From IMG/VR virus record IMGVR_UViG_3300042508_000526: a stretch of DNA of 64,000 nucleotides, one strand, 5' to 3'. The notes under the pieces were generated by a model that was given only the letters and a program-made list of their open reading frames with translations, did not search any database and was not told the origin of the DNA. The position numbers and the translations under genes are program-made. This document shows, one piece after another, positions 49,122-57,122 of the stretch. The stretch comes from a virus. Its lineage: Duplodnaviria > Caudoviricetes. Position 1 is the first letter of the stretch. Each line of letters opens with the position of its first letter.

Positions 49122-49775
49122 TTAATCCGTTTCGCCGTACTCGTCGGTGTAGTACTCGTCGTCATCCTCGTCGTCTTCTTCCCAATCGTCGTCGTCAGAA
49201 TAGTACTCGATAGTGGCGTTGAATTTGAACGTCTGTGGCGGCAGATTCCAATGCGATAACGGATCGTCTGCCAACGGATATTTTTTGTTGTGCGGCGAAA
49301 ACAGTTTAAACGCTGCATTCAAATAACTGCTCAAAAGATTGGGCAGTTTTGTTTTGTCTGCTTTTTGCAGCGTCTTGAACATCTCGACGAGCATTTCTGG
49401 CTCGCCGCTAAACCAACCCTCGTCTTTTTTGCCGGCGGGGGTTGGCGACACCACCTTGAAAAAAGACAGCGTGAACAGATCTGCCAATTCTTCGTCGGTG
49501 GGGCTTTCGGCTATTTTTTTAGCTTTTGCGCGATGTTTTACGCTCAGCGCGTGCAGCGATTGCTCAAACTCAGCTTGCATTTCTTGCAGTTCTTTTGCCG
49601 CCCTTGTTGCATCAACTACGCAACGAATCCCAAGGTCTGTGGGATTCATCAGCGCCAGAACAGACTGCAATACGTGATACTCGCGCTTCATGGCGCGCAC
49701 GTATACCCGAATAAACGCTATTTCAGCTTGAGTGATTTTATGCGGGTTGAACACGCAGCACCTAAGCGCCAGCAA
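49122..49775 (-). CDS. Hypothetical protein with very acidic C-terminus
   Basis: 217 aa, ends DDDDWEEDDEDDDEYYTDEYGETD. Confidence 0.65.
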   Translation of the reverse strand: MLALRCCVFNPHKITQAEIAFIRVYVRAMKREYHVLQSVLALMNPTDLGIRCVVDATRAAKELQEMQAEFEQSLHALSVKHRAKAKKIAESPTDEELADLFTLSFFKVVSPTPAGKKDEGWFSGEPEMLVEMFKTLQKADKTKLPNLLSSYLNAAFKLFSPHNKKYPLADDPLSHWNLPPQTFKFNATIEYYSDDDDWEEDDEDDDEYYTDEYGETD

Positions 49776-49980
49776 GACCTAAAAAAGACGTTTCAGGAAT
49801 AGAGACAGTATTCAGCAATTCGTTGAACCCGTGCTCTGTCCAGTCAATTTTATAGTGCGTTTGTTTTTTCGCAACAGCAATGGCGAGTACCGTCACAGCC
49901 ATTGCGGGTCTTTGGCCTATTTTTAACAGCAACCGATCGCCGATTTTGTACAGCGGTGTTACGTCCTGTTTTGCCGCCAT
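49762..49980 (-). CDS. Small hypothetical protein
   Basis: 72 aa, tiles with neighbours. Confidence 0.6.
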   Translation of the reverse strand: MAAKQDVTPLYKIGDRLLLKIGQRPAMAVTVLAIAVAKKQTHYKIDWTEHGFNELLNTVSIPETSFLGLAGA

Positions 49981-49986
49981 ATGTTG

Positions 49987-50223
49987 CTACAGTTCGCAAT
50001 CGGTCGTCGCGGCGTGTTCGTCAAGGTTGAACGCTGCTTTAAACGTATCAAATGTCTTGTCAACACGAATGCGCGTCATTACTGCAACACCAATTAAAGC
50101 ATTTACAATTTCATCAATGTCAATGTCGTCTTTTTCTAGTATGCGCTCTACAAGCAGATCAAGATCATCTGCCGTGTTGTAGATATTTGTAATGTCCGTC
50201 TCTAATTGAAATCTATCAGCCAT
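49987..50223 (-). CDS. Small hypothetical protein
   Basis: Start MADRF at 50223 (GAGG SD). Confidence 0.65.
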   Translation of the reverse strand: MADRFQLETDITNIYNTADDLDLLVERILEKDDIDIDEIVNALIGVAVMTRIRVDKTFDTFKAAFNLDEHAATTDCEL

Positions 50224-50265
50224 GATTAACCTCAAAAATAACGTAGCCCGTCGTCAGCCTCCGAA

Positions 50266-50408
50266 TTGACCGGGCGGGAATTGCACCCGCTATGTACCTC
50301 ACCACCACGCTGTGTATATCGCCGCGTCCGGCTAGGTCAAGCACGGGGCTGTTGGGTACCGGCACACCAAAGTGCCGCTTTAGTCGCTGTCACTAAAGAG
50401 CCGATCAA
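50266..50408 (-). ncRNA. 143-nt tRNA-like RNA with oversized variable region
   Basis: UUGAUCGG/CCGGUCAA 8-bp terminal stem; CUUUAGU/ACUAAAG hairpin; CGGCAC-UUUGGU-GUGCCG hairpin; GUACC/GGUAC-closed insert of about 65-70 nt; T-arm GCGGG-UGCAAUU-CCCGC. Fills most of an ORF-free gap. Confidence 0.6.
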
Positions 50409-50412
50409 AATG

Positions 50413-50676
50413 TTATTTTGTTCTCTCCAGCAGCGCAAGAAGCGTGTCAACATCTTTGCGCCAACCGTGTTGATCCAACCAAAACGCAACTCGATCAATC
50501 GCCTCCCGCTCCTCGTCCGTGAGCGTGGCGTCCATCGTCACCGTCACGTTCCCGTCGCACACTGACAGCGTAGCGTCTTGATCGGCGAGGCGGCGGATGG
50601 CCTCGCGGTGCTTCTCTAATTCTTCCGCCAGTAATTTGTTCTCTGTGCGGAGATTTGTAAGTTCGCAGTCAGTCAT
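50413..50676 (-). CDS. Conserved phage hypothetical protein
   Basis: LADQDATLSVCDGNVTVTMDATLTDEEREAI motif. Confidence 0.7.
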   Translation of the reverse strand: MTDCELTNLRTENKLLAEELEKHREAIRRLADQDATLSVCDGNVTVTMDATLTDEEREAIDRVAFWLDQHGWRKDVDTLLALLERTK

Positions 50677-50929
50677 CGCGCGTTACTCCCTGTAAACGCA
50701 AGTCAGAATTTGCACCCATTGTTGCCGCCATACTTCGAAACTGTTCGCGTTGCATAGCCATAAAAGTCTCGTTTGATACTTTGCGCACCATCATGTTGAT
50801 ACGCGCCGGAATCACAATATTGTTGTCGCAGTCGTTGCAGCAGCGCCCGTGATTAACCGGCGCCGCGTTGTTGCCAGAATCCCAGCCGTTGACGCTGGGA
50901 ATGTCGTTGAAACAGATTGAACAGAGCAT
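50669..50929 (-). CDS. Small Zn-finger protein
   Basis: CSIC...GNNAAPV..GRCCNDC...VIPAR. Confidence 0.7.
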   Translation of the reverse strand: MLCSICFNDIPSVNGWDSGNNAAPVNHGRCCNDCDNNIVIPARINMMVRKVSNETFMAMQREQFRSMAATMGANSDLRLQGVTRDD

Positions 50930-50948
50930 TCAAAACTCCACTAATTTG

Positions 50949-51212
50949 CTACCACTCACCAGAATGAAAACGGCTGCCGTGATACGCCGCATCAGTTGAT
51001 TCTTGCGGAGAACCGCCATACGAACGTCGCGAACCCCCGCGCAAACACATATCGCACCACGGACCAGAGCCGCGAAACTCTTCAATGAGTTTTTTGGCAT
51101 CGACGGTCATTTTGTCGTTGCAACCTTTGCAGTACGCATAAAACAGCCCGTCTGGTTTTGCTCGCCTTTGAGCAAATTGAACAAGTTGCACTTCTGTGTT
51201 GTCAGCGCTCAT
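50949..51212 (-). CDS. Small Zn-finger protein
   Basis: CKGC...CDMC, GGAGG SD. Confidence 0.6.
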   Translation of the reverse strand: MSADNTEVQLVQFAQRRAKPDGLFYAYCKGCNDKMTVDAKKLIEEFRGSGPWCDMCLRGGSRRSYGGSPQESTDAAYHGSRFHSGEW

Positions 51213-51223
51213 AAACCCTCCAA

Positions 51224-51294
51224 ATGCCCGACTAGGATTCGAACCTAGACAAAGGGAACCAAAATCCCTTGTGCTACCGTTACACCATCGGGCA
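51224..51294 (-). tRNA. tRNA-Gln (anticodon UUG), CCA not encoded
   Basis: TGCCCGA/TCGGGCA acceptor, D-arm TGGTGTAACGGTAGCAC, AGGGA-TTTTGGT-TCCCT, CTAGG-TTCGAAT-CCTAG. Confidence 0.95.
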
Positions 51295-51314
51295 ACCGGG
51301 TTACCCCGAAAACG

Positions 51315-51587
51315 TTAATCTTTGTCTATTGTGTTGACGTTGTCGTTAAAGCTGACGAACTCGCCACCTTCGCCGTCAAACAATATGCCGGGTTCGCCGG
51401 GCATGTCAGCCGTTGCACGCCGTGCGTATTTAGTTAGAAACCGATAAATGTCGCGGCCGCGTTTTTCGCCGTACTTGAGGCAGAGTAAAGCTTTGACCGT
51501 CAAATACTCCTCAAAGCCAGCCTCCTCGTTTTCCTCGGCATAAAGATTGTCGTCGTTCAGGAACTCGCCGAAGTCAAAATTTGTCAT
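51315..51587 (-). CDS. Hypothetical protein
   Basis: Likely start MTNFDF at 51587. Confidence 0.6.
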   Translation of the reverse strand: MTNFDFGEFLNDDNLYAEENEEAGFEEYLTVKALLCLKYGEKRGRDIYRFLTKYARRATADMPGEPGILFDGEGGEFVSFNDNVNTIDKD

Positions 51588-51592
51588 GAAAA

Positions 51593-52747
51593 TTAATCCA
51601 GTATGTTGAGCACTACCGCGCATTGCGGTAGCGGAAATAAGTAAACACCGCGCGCAGAAAACTGCCGCGGATACTCTAGCCGCATCACAACGTTATCGTC
51701 GTACATAAGGCGGGCCACTACGTACGACCCTGTGACGGCGGTCAGCGCGTCAAGCACAACGACAAACTCTGTGCCGGGCACAGCAATTCGGACCGATGCG
51801 CCGTGCGGACCAGTAGCGCCAGTGACTCCAAGATTAGCAGCTTCAGTTGCTGCGTCAATGACCGTCTCTAATGACGCCACGGCCGAACGCTGCGCAGACA
51901 CAAGCATTAGCTGGCGCGAAAACGCTACCGTGGCTGCAGCTGTCAGCGCTGCGGCTTTTGCGTCGTTCAGAACGGCGAGGATTTTGAGATCCTTTGCCGC
52001 CGCGCCGCAGAAAGCCAATAACGCGGGGCAAACCTCGGCATAGTCTTCTGCCGTATTTGTTACGCGTACCGATTCGTCGTCTTTTGCCCGCGTCACAAAC
52101 TCGCCGCTCTCAAGAATAATATGCCACGTATTTGTACCGTTATCGAATGCGATGCCGCGTAAAGACGGGCCCATGTCGCCGTTAGGCAGCGCGTCACGAA
52201 ATACGACAAGGCTGGCTTCAAGCTCGGCGGCAAACGTGTCAGTAAAACCAAACGCGGCTGGCTTAAAAACGCGCGCCAACATGCGCTCGTTGTATACCTC
52301 GGGCGCCACGACCGGCTCGGCATAAAACGATTTGTTTTGCGCCAGCTCGGCAATCTCTGCGATCACAGCGTCGAACAGGTCGGCAGGATTGATGTCCTGC
52401 GACATTAAGCCGTCGCCAATCATATCTGAAAATACAGCCAGCGCTTCCAGCAATACAGCGTCTACCTGCTCGGGTTTTGCGCCGTACTGCGCTGCTACCT
52501 GCTTGCCGCGGCCAAGCGTTGCCTGCGTAATCGAAAAAGGCAGTGCGCCCCAGTTTGTACTGCCGGCTGCCTGTGCAAACTGCCCAAGTGCTTTTAGAAA
52601 CGCTGGATTCTTTGCCGGCATCTGAGACTGACGAAATAGCTCAAGCGTGCAAGCGGCAAGTGTGAGTTTTTGTTGGGCAGGTGCGTCAAAACTATCTAAG
52701 AACTTTTTAATCGTGACTGATGTTTTCTGTCGTGGTGCAGTTGTCAT
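51593..52747 (-). CDS. Hypothetical protein
   Basis: About 384 aa, Ala-rich and helical; no family recognised. Confidence 0.7.
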   Translation of the reverse strand: MTTAPRQKTSVTIKKFLDSFDAPAQQKLTLAACTLELFRQSQMPAKNPAFLKALGQFAQAAGSTNWGALPFSITQATLGRGKQVAAQYGAKPEQVDAVLLEALAVFSDMIGDGLMSQDINPADLFDAVIAEIAELAQNKSFYAEPVVAPEVYNERMLARVFKPAAFGFTDTFAAELEASLVVFRDALPNGDMGPSLRGIAFDNGTNTWHIILESGEFVTRAKDDESVRVTNTAEDYAEVCPALLAFCGAAAKDLKILAVLNDAKAAALTAAATVAFSRQLMLVSAQRSAVASLETVIDAATEAANLGVTGATGPHGASVRIAVPGTEFVVVLDALTAVTGSYVVARLMYDDNVVMRLEYPRQFSARGVYLFPLPQCAVVLNILD

Positions 52748-53900
52748 ATGAATTTGTTCCGCTAAATACTGCGTCACATGTGTGTAGAAGTGTGATTAAA
52801 TTTGCGCGATATGCGCCGTCAAGTTTGTAACTGGTGCCGCCGTGGCTGCGAACGTAATTGTGAAAATCTGATTGAACATGGTTGTCGATAGATACGACTG
52901 TAAACGGACCTGCAGCGGCGCCGCAGGCTGTGGCACGCGCTTGCAAAAACATATGCAAGCCGCGCATAGCGTTGCCTATAAGCAGCACTACGCCGTTTTG
53001 CGTTGCACATAGCTGACGAACTTGCTCAGCAAATATCAAAAGATCAACATACGTTGCAGCGCCAATAGCCGCGCCCAGCTCGGCGCCACGCACAGCCGGA
53101 CCTGTATGCGCGCGCAATTCTCCCAGCTCGACATGCGCCGTGGCCGGAAGACCCAACGAATACGCGGCATGAAATAGGCTGCGCGCTTTGTTGTCTTTCG
53201 GTGCAAACGCCCATCGGCCTGTCGCCTCTCCGTATCCTATACCCTGCGCAGCCGCAAGGCGAGCAACGTGATTCAGATCTGGGGGCGTGTCTGGTCGCGT
53301 CATCTCAATGTCCGCCAGCAAACCGGCACCAGTCGTTGCCGCAGCCGTGGCGTACCGTTTGCGCAGCCATTCGGCGGCAACGATGCCGGCGCCGGCGTAG
53401 ATAGCCTCTGCGCCGATAAACAATAAAACGTTGCTGTCTGCGCTGCGAGCGCAATGAACAGCTTTTGCTGCCAGTACGTGCGTTTCGGATGCTGTAGCCG
53501 GCGTGTCAACTACTTCAGGCGGCATTATTTGCGTCAACGGCCAAGCCGCTGTCTGGGTTTCAAAAACAGGAAAAGAACTTTCAAGCCTAAGCGGCAAATG
53601 TAACGACAGATCTACATCCGCTGTTGCGTGGGCAGACCGCATATCGCCGTCGCCCAAAAGTAACCACTCAAACCGGACATCGGTGAAGGCGACGACTTGC
53701 GCCAGTACTTCAGGCGTAACAGCAATCTCGCCAAGCAGAATGCGCGCCACATGTTTAGAGTCCAGCTGGATCGCCGCGGCGAAAGCGCGGACATCATTTC
53801 CAAACAACACAGCGCATACGTACTCAAGTCTCTGCCGCCATGGCTGATTCGATTGACGTAGCTTGCGTTGTGTCCGTCTTCTCTTCGGCTTCTGTGACAT
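52707..53900 (-). CDS. XRE-like HTH fused to a deoxyhypusine-synthase-like domain
   Basis: N-terminal FAAAIQLDSKHVARIL...VRFEWLLLGDGDM; C-terminal VLLFIGAEAIYAG, TTGAGLLAD, GIGYGEATG, SLFHAAYSLGLPATAHVELG, GVVLLIGNAM. Confidence 0.55.
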   Translation of the reverse strand: MSQKPKRRRTQRKLRQSNQPWRQRLEYVCAVLFGNDVRAFAAAIQLDSKHVARILLGEIAVTPEVLAQVVAFTDVRFEWLLLGDGDMRSAHATADVDLSLHLPLRLESSFPVFETQTAAWPLTQIMPPEVVDTPATASETHVLAAKAVHCARSADSNVLLFIGAEAIYAGAGIVAAEWLRKRYATAAATTGAGLLADIEMTRPDTPPDLNHVARLAAAQGIGYGEATGRWAFAPKDNKARSLFHAAYSLGLPATAHVELGELRAHTGPAVRGAELGAAIGAATYVDLLIFAEQVRQLCATQNGVVLLIGNAMRGLHMFLQARATACGAAAGPFTVVSIDNHVQSDFHNYVRSHGGTSYKLDGAYRANLITLLHTCDAVFSGTNSYDNCTTTENISHD

Positions 53901-54903
53901 GTTCGCGCCTCGCTTTAAATTGCTCCAGCAGCGATCGGCCTACACGTCGAAACACGCCGGTGCCGGAAACGGTGTGCATACCGTCTACAGCGCGCAAATA
54001 CGCCGCAGTCAGTTCCGCATAACCAGTTAACAGTTCAATGGGATACCGGTTGAATTGCCCCAACATAAAGTAAAAATCTGTGTCGGGAGAATCGTAGCAA
54101 TCGGCAATTTTAATTGAACGCAGATACGTTACCCGCCCGCCATGCGGTCGAACGAGCGGCAGCTTGGTTTTAGGGTAGTGCAGCAAAAACTGTCGCGTCT
54201 CAATTATCCAGCCGGTGTCTGTCGGCACAACAGCTATGCGCCACATTGACCCAAGCGTTTTTCGATTTAGCGCTTTTGTGCAGCGCTGATACAGCGAACG
54301 TTCGCGCCGAAGCTCGCCCCACAACAGGCGCTCATATTGCCCGACCTGCTCATGAGAGCAACCAAACACCGCGTCAAATCCGGGCGCCAAAAGAACGCGG
54401 CTAGTAACGCGACATGTGACAATAAGTTTTGTTTTAGCGTTGTGCTTACCGATCTGTCGAACTTTGTGCCGCACGCTCACATACTGCGCTTGACTGATAC
54501 GTGCGAAACAGAACGGGCAGAAATACGACCGGTGACACGGACGAAACACCTTTTCTTTCTTCCAATGAAAGTAGAGGTATGACGGCCGGCAGAACAGGCA
54601 GCGCTGAAACGATAGCGCAAAATTTTTCAGGTCAAAATCGGCCGCGTACGGGTCTAGCGCGCGAGAATGTGGAAACCACAGATTGCGGGTGGCCAATTCT
54701 TTTAATCGACGAGCCCAATGATTTCGCACTGTGTTCGTGCGCCCGACTACCGCCCCGTGCGTTTTCTTGCCGTCTAGGTTTAATACAAATTGCTGCGCAA
54801 AAGTCTGAGACATCCGGCGCCCGACTCGCGCAATTTTCCACGGCCGCAATGCGTAGCGGCTGACATGCGCCACAAAATCGAACAGCGCCATCAAAAACTC
54901 CAC
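53824..54903 (-). CDS. Cys-rich protein resembling a degenerate HUH/rolling-circle Rep
   Basis: CLFC...PCHRSYFCPFC, LIVTCR, GSMWRIAV...GWIIETRQFLL, AVDGMHTVSGTGVFR in Rep-like order; HUH histidines absent. Confidence 0.4.
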   Translation of the reverse strand: MEFLMALFDFVAHVSRYALRPWKIARVGRRMSQTFAQQFVLNLDGKKTHGAVVGRTNTVRNHWARRLKELATRNLWFPHSRALDPYAADFDLKNFALSFQRCLFCRPSYLYFHWKKEKVFRPCHRSYFCPFCFARISQAQYVSVRHKVRQIGKHNAKTKLIVTCRVTSRVLLAPGFDAVFGCSHEQVGQYERLLWGELRRERSLYQRCTKALNRKTLGSMWRIAVVPTDTGWIIETRQFLLHYPKTKLPLVRPHGGRVTYLRSIKIADCYDSPDTDFYFMLGQFNRYPIELLTGYAELTAAYLRAVDGMHTVSGTGVFRRVGRSLLEQFKARREHVTEAEEKTDTTQATSIESAMAAET

Positions 54904-54906
54904 TGG

Positions 54907-55179
54907 CTATTTATGCCAATCGCCCATGTACCGCACGGCGATGTACGTTCCTAAAAATGCGCCTATCGCCAACGGAATGAGATAGAGCGCGTTGTGCAGA
55001 TAATTCATGACGCCGTACGCGCCTAAGCTATACAAGACAGAGCTAATGACGCTCGCCGCTACCGCTTGCCGGCGGCTCACACAAATGACGTACAGCGCGT
55101 ACAGGATGTCAAAAAAGACATAGACAACAAAAACTGTTGCAGCTGTCGCCCAATTAAAGTCGTTCATTTTTCTGCTCAA
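54907..55179 (-). CDS. Small three-helix membrane protein
   Basis: Three hydrophobic segments; GAFLGTY motif. Confidence 0.7.
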   Translation of the reverse strand: MSRKMNDFNWATAATVFVVYVFFDILYALYVICVSRRQAVAASVISSVLYSLGAYGVMNYLHNALYLIPLAIGAFLGTYIAVRYMGDWHK

Positions 55180-55375
55180 ACATTGCGTCGCGCACTGTTT
55201 GAAACAACTCCTCTCGTGTCATTGTGCCGGCGAGAAAAGCAGCTGCCGTATCACGCACGTTTTCAAAGTGCGCGACTTTTTTTCGCAGCGCCGCGATCGT
55301 TTGACTTTGTTTAATAAACCGCTGCTGCAGCTCAGTAAATTGCTGTGCCGGAACAGCATCGTTCACGTTTTCCAT
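55154..55375 (-). CDS. Small coiled-coil protein
   Basis: 73 aa, GGAGG SD. Confidence 0.55.
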   Translation of the reverse strand: MENVNDAVPAQQFTELQQRFIKQSQTIAALRKKVAHFENVRDTAAAFLAGTMTREELFQTVRDAMFEQKNERL

Positions 55376-55668
55376 GCTGGTGAAGCCTCCGTGATTGAAC
55401 TGTCTGCAGGAATATCAGATTTTGGAAATGGATTGTCCCATTCCAACAACGTGCGCCGTTCTTCCCGCAACAGCGCTATCTCGTGACGCTGCGTTCGAAT
55501 CTCGGTGCGCAACGATTGATTTACGTTTTTCAGATCCCGCACTTTAGCACGCAGTTCTTGCAGTTCTTCCGCGTGATCATGCAGCTCCGCAACTGCTTTT
55601 TGATATCTCAGTTCGCCTTTAAGCCGTAGTACCTCTAAACGCAATTTTGCCGTATCGGCGTCATCCAT
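55363..55668 (-). CDS. Coiled-coil hypothetical protein
   Basis: 101 aa with heptad pattern, AGGAG SD. Confidence 0.65.
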   Translation of the reverse strand: MDDADTAKLRLEVLRLKGELRYQKAVAELHDHAEELQELRAKVRDLKNVNQSLRTEIRTQRHEIALLREERRTLLEWDNPFPKSDIPADSSITEASPAWKT

Positions 55669-55690
55669 GACGGCTCCTACAGATAGTGGT

Positions 55691-56230
55691 TCAAGTTTCC
55701 TTGACGAAAATGCCTTCGGGCGTCAACCGGCCTTTGCGATCTTTAATCGTTTTGTACGCCTCTTCAAGACACAGCCGCAAACTCATCGCGGGGTCGTACA
55801 GGTTTGCGCACAGAATAAGCGTAACAAGTACGTCGCCGATCCCGTCGACAACACCGTCGCCGTCATCTTTCAATAACGCGTCGGCTAATTCGCCCAGCTC
55901 TGACATCGTTTTCAGCAGCTGAACTCTTGGGTTGCTGTTCGGGATGATGTGCCGATCCCGCGCCCACTGAATGACTTTTTCTTCCAACTCGGTAAATGAT
56001 GGGTGCATGTTGTGCTTCTCCTTGTGTTTTTCTGCGGCATGCTCCAGCGCTTGATCATGCGCTGACAATAATTCAAGTGCGTAAAGCCTGAGCTGTTTTT
56101 GCAATTGCTCACGCTCTGGACGCAGCAAATTTAATAGCGCCAAAACGCTACGCATTTCCTGCGCTGACAACTCGCCCATATGCAAGCGAATAGCTTGCTT
56201 GTCGCCGGCCCATATTGGTTCAAGATTCAT
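55691..56230 (-). CDS. mazG: MazG-like nucleotide pyrophosphohydrolase with N-terminal extension
   Basis: WARDR...QLLKTMSELGELADA...DGIGDVLVTL...AYKTIKDRKG. Confidence 0.85.
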   Translation of the reverse strand: MNLEPIWAGDKQAIRLHMGELSAQEMRSVLALLNLLRPEREQLQKQLRLYALELLSAHDQALEHAAEKHKEKHNMHPSFTELEEKVIQWARDRHIIPNSNPRVQLLKTMSELGELADALLKDDGDGVVDGIGDVLVTLILCANLYDPAMSLRLCLEEAYKTIKDRKGRLTPEGIFVKET

Positions 56231-56720
56231 TTACGTTTTCTTGCTCGGGCGCGGGTGTTTCTTCCGGCGGATCAACCGCGTCAGACATGCTCTCTAATTT
56301 GTTGCGTTGCAGTTCCATACGTTCGCGTACAAGTGCAATGCCTTGTGCGGCATCAGCAACCTCGACGTACGGTAATTTCTCTTTCAGGTGCTCCCACTTT
56401 GTCGGGCCTACGCCGGCAACATTAATCTCGCCCGGCGCTGCCTCCGCAAAGTCTTCCAGCAGCGCCACAGCCGTAGCGTCTTGCCGCGTTTGGAACACAA
56501 TAATGTTGTTGTCTTTGTCGGAAAAGAATTTAACGCCGGTATCGTCGCAGATAACGTAACGAGCGGCTTCTTCGCCGGTATCGATATAGCGCACCGGCTT
56601 CATGTAGCTGTTGGCGTGCTTTGACGCTTCTGGCGAACAGCACCGTTTAAATTTCTGGCCACTGCCGCACGGGCAACGGTCATTACGTTTTACAAAGCTG
56701 TTGCGACGAATCGTTGTCAT
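56220..56720 (-). CDS. SEC-C motif protein
   Basis: KRNDRCPCGSGQKFKRCC. Confidence 0.85.
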   Translation of the reverse strand: MTTIRRNSFVKRNDRCPCGSGQKFKRCCSPEASKHANSYMKPVRYIDTGEEAARYVICDDTGVKFFSDKDNNIIVFQTRQDATAVALLEDFAEAAPGEINVAGVGPTKWEHLKEKLPYVEVADAAQGIALVRERMELQRNKLESMSDAVDPPEETPAPEQENVNES

Positions 56721-56735
56721 TGTTCCTCCATGAAA

Positions 56736-57020
56736 TCAGTCAATCGTTACCGCGCTGGTCGTACGAACTTGAAACGCGTTTTTTGTTCTGTGCGCTGTTG
56801 GCACAAAATATTCGGGTGTGTCTGTTGCGCCGATCGTAGCCGGACCGTGAATGGCTACCGTGTCGCCGAGATAGACTTTGCCGGCGCACACAACGCAGGT
56901 TTTACCGTCTTCATACGGACTGCGCAGAACCACCTTTGGCGTCCCGGCTTCCAGCGTTAGACCCGTTGTTGCCTTCACAGGAATCTGCGTGGGAATGGTC
57001 ACAACACCCGGCTTTGGCAT
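56736..57020 (-). CDS. Hypothetical protein
   Basis: 94 aa, AGGAG SD. Confidence 0.6.
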   Translation of the reverse strand: MPKPGVVTIPTQIPVKATTGLTLEAGTPKVVLRSPYEDGKTCVVCAGKVYLGDTVAIHGPATIGATDTPEYFVPTAHRTKNAFQVRTTSAVTID

Positions 57021-57122
57021 CGTTAGGTGCTCCTAATTTGAATAGCCGACAGCATACCTTGCCGATATCGGTCGTCAATACAGCATTACCGTCAAACTGG
57101 TTGTCAAAAACGATGTGCATAG

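Noticed and set aside
56911-57120. 69-aa ORF with a strong GAGGAG SD
   Set aside because: It overlaps 56736-57020 by 110 nt and has no recognisable features; cannot be supported without homology or ribosome data.
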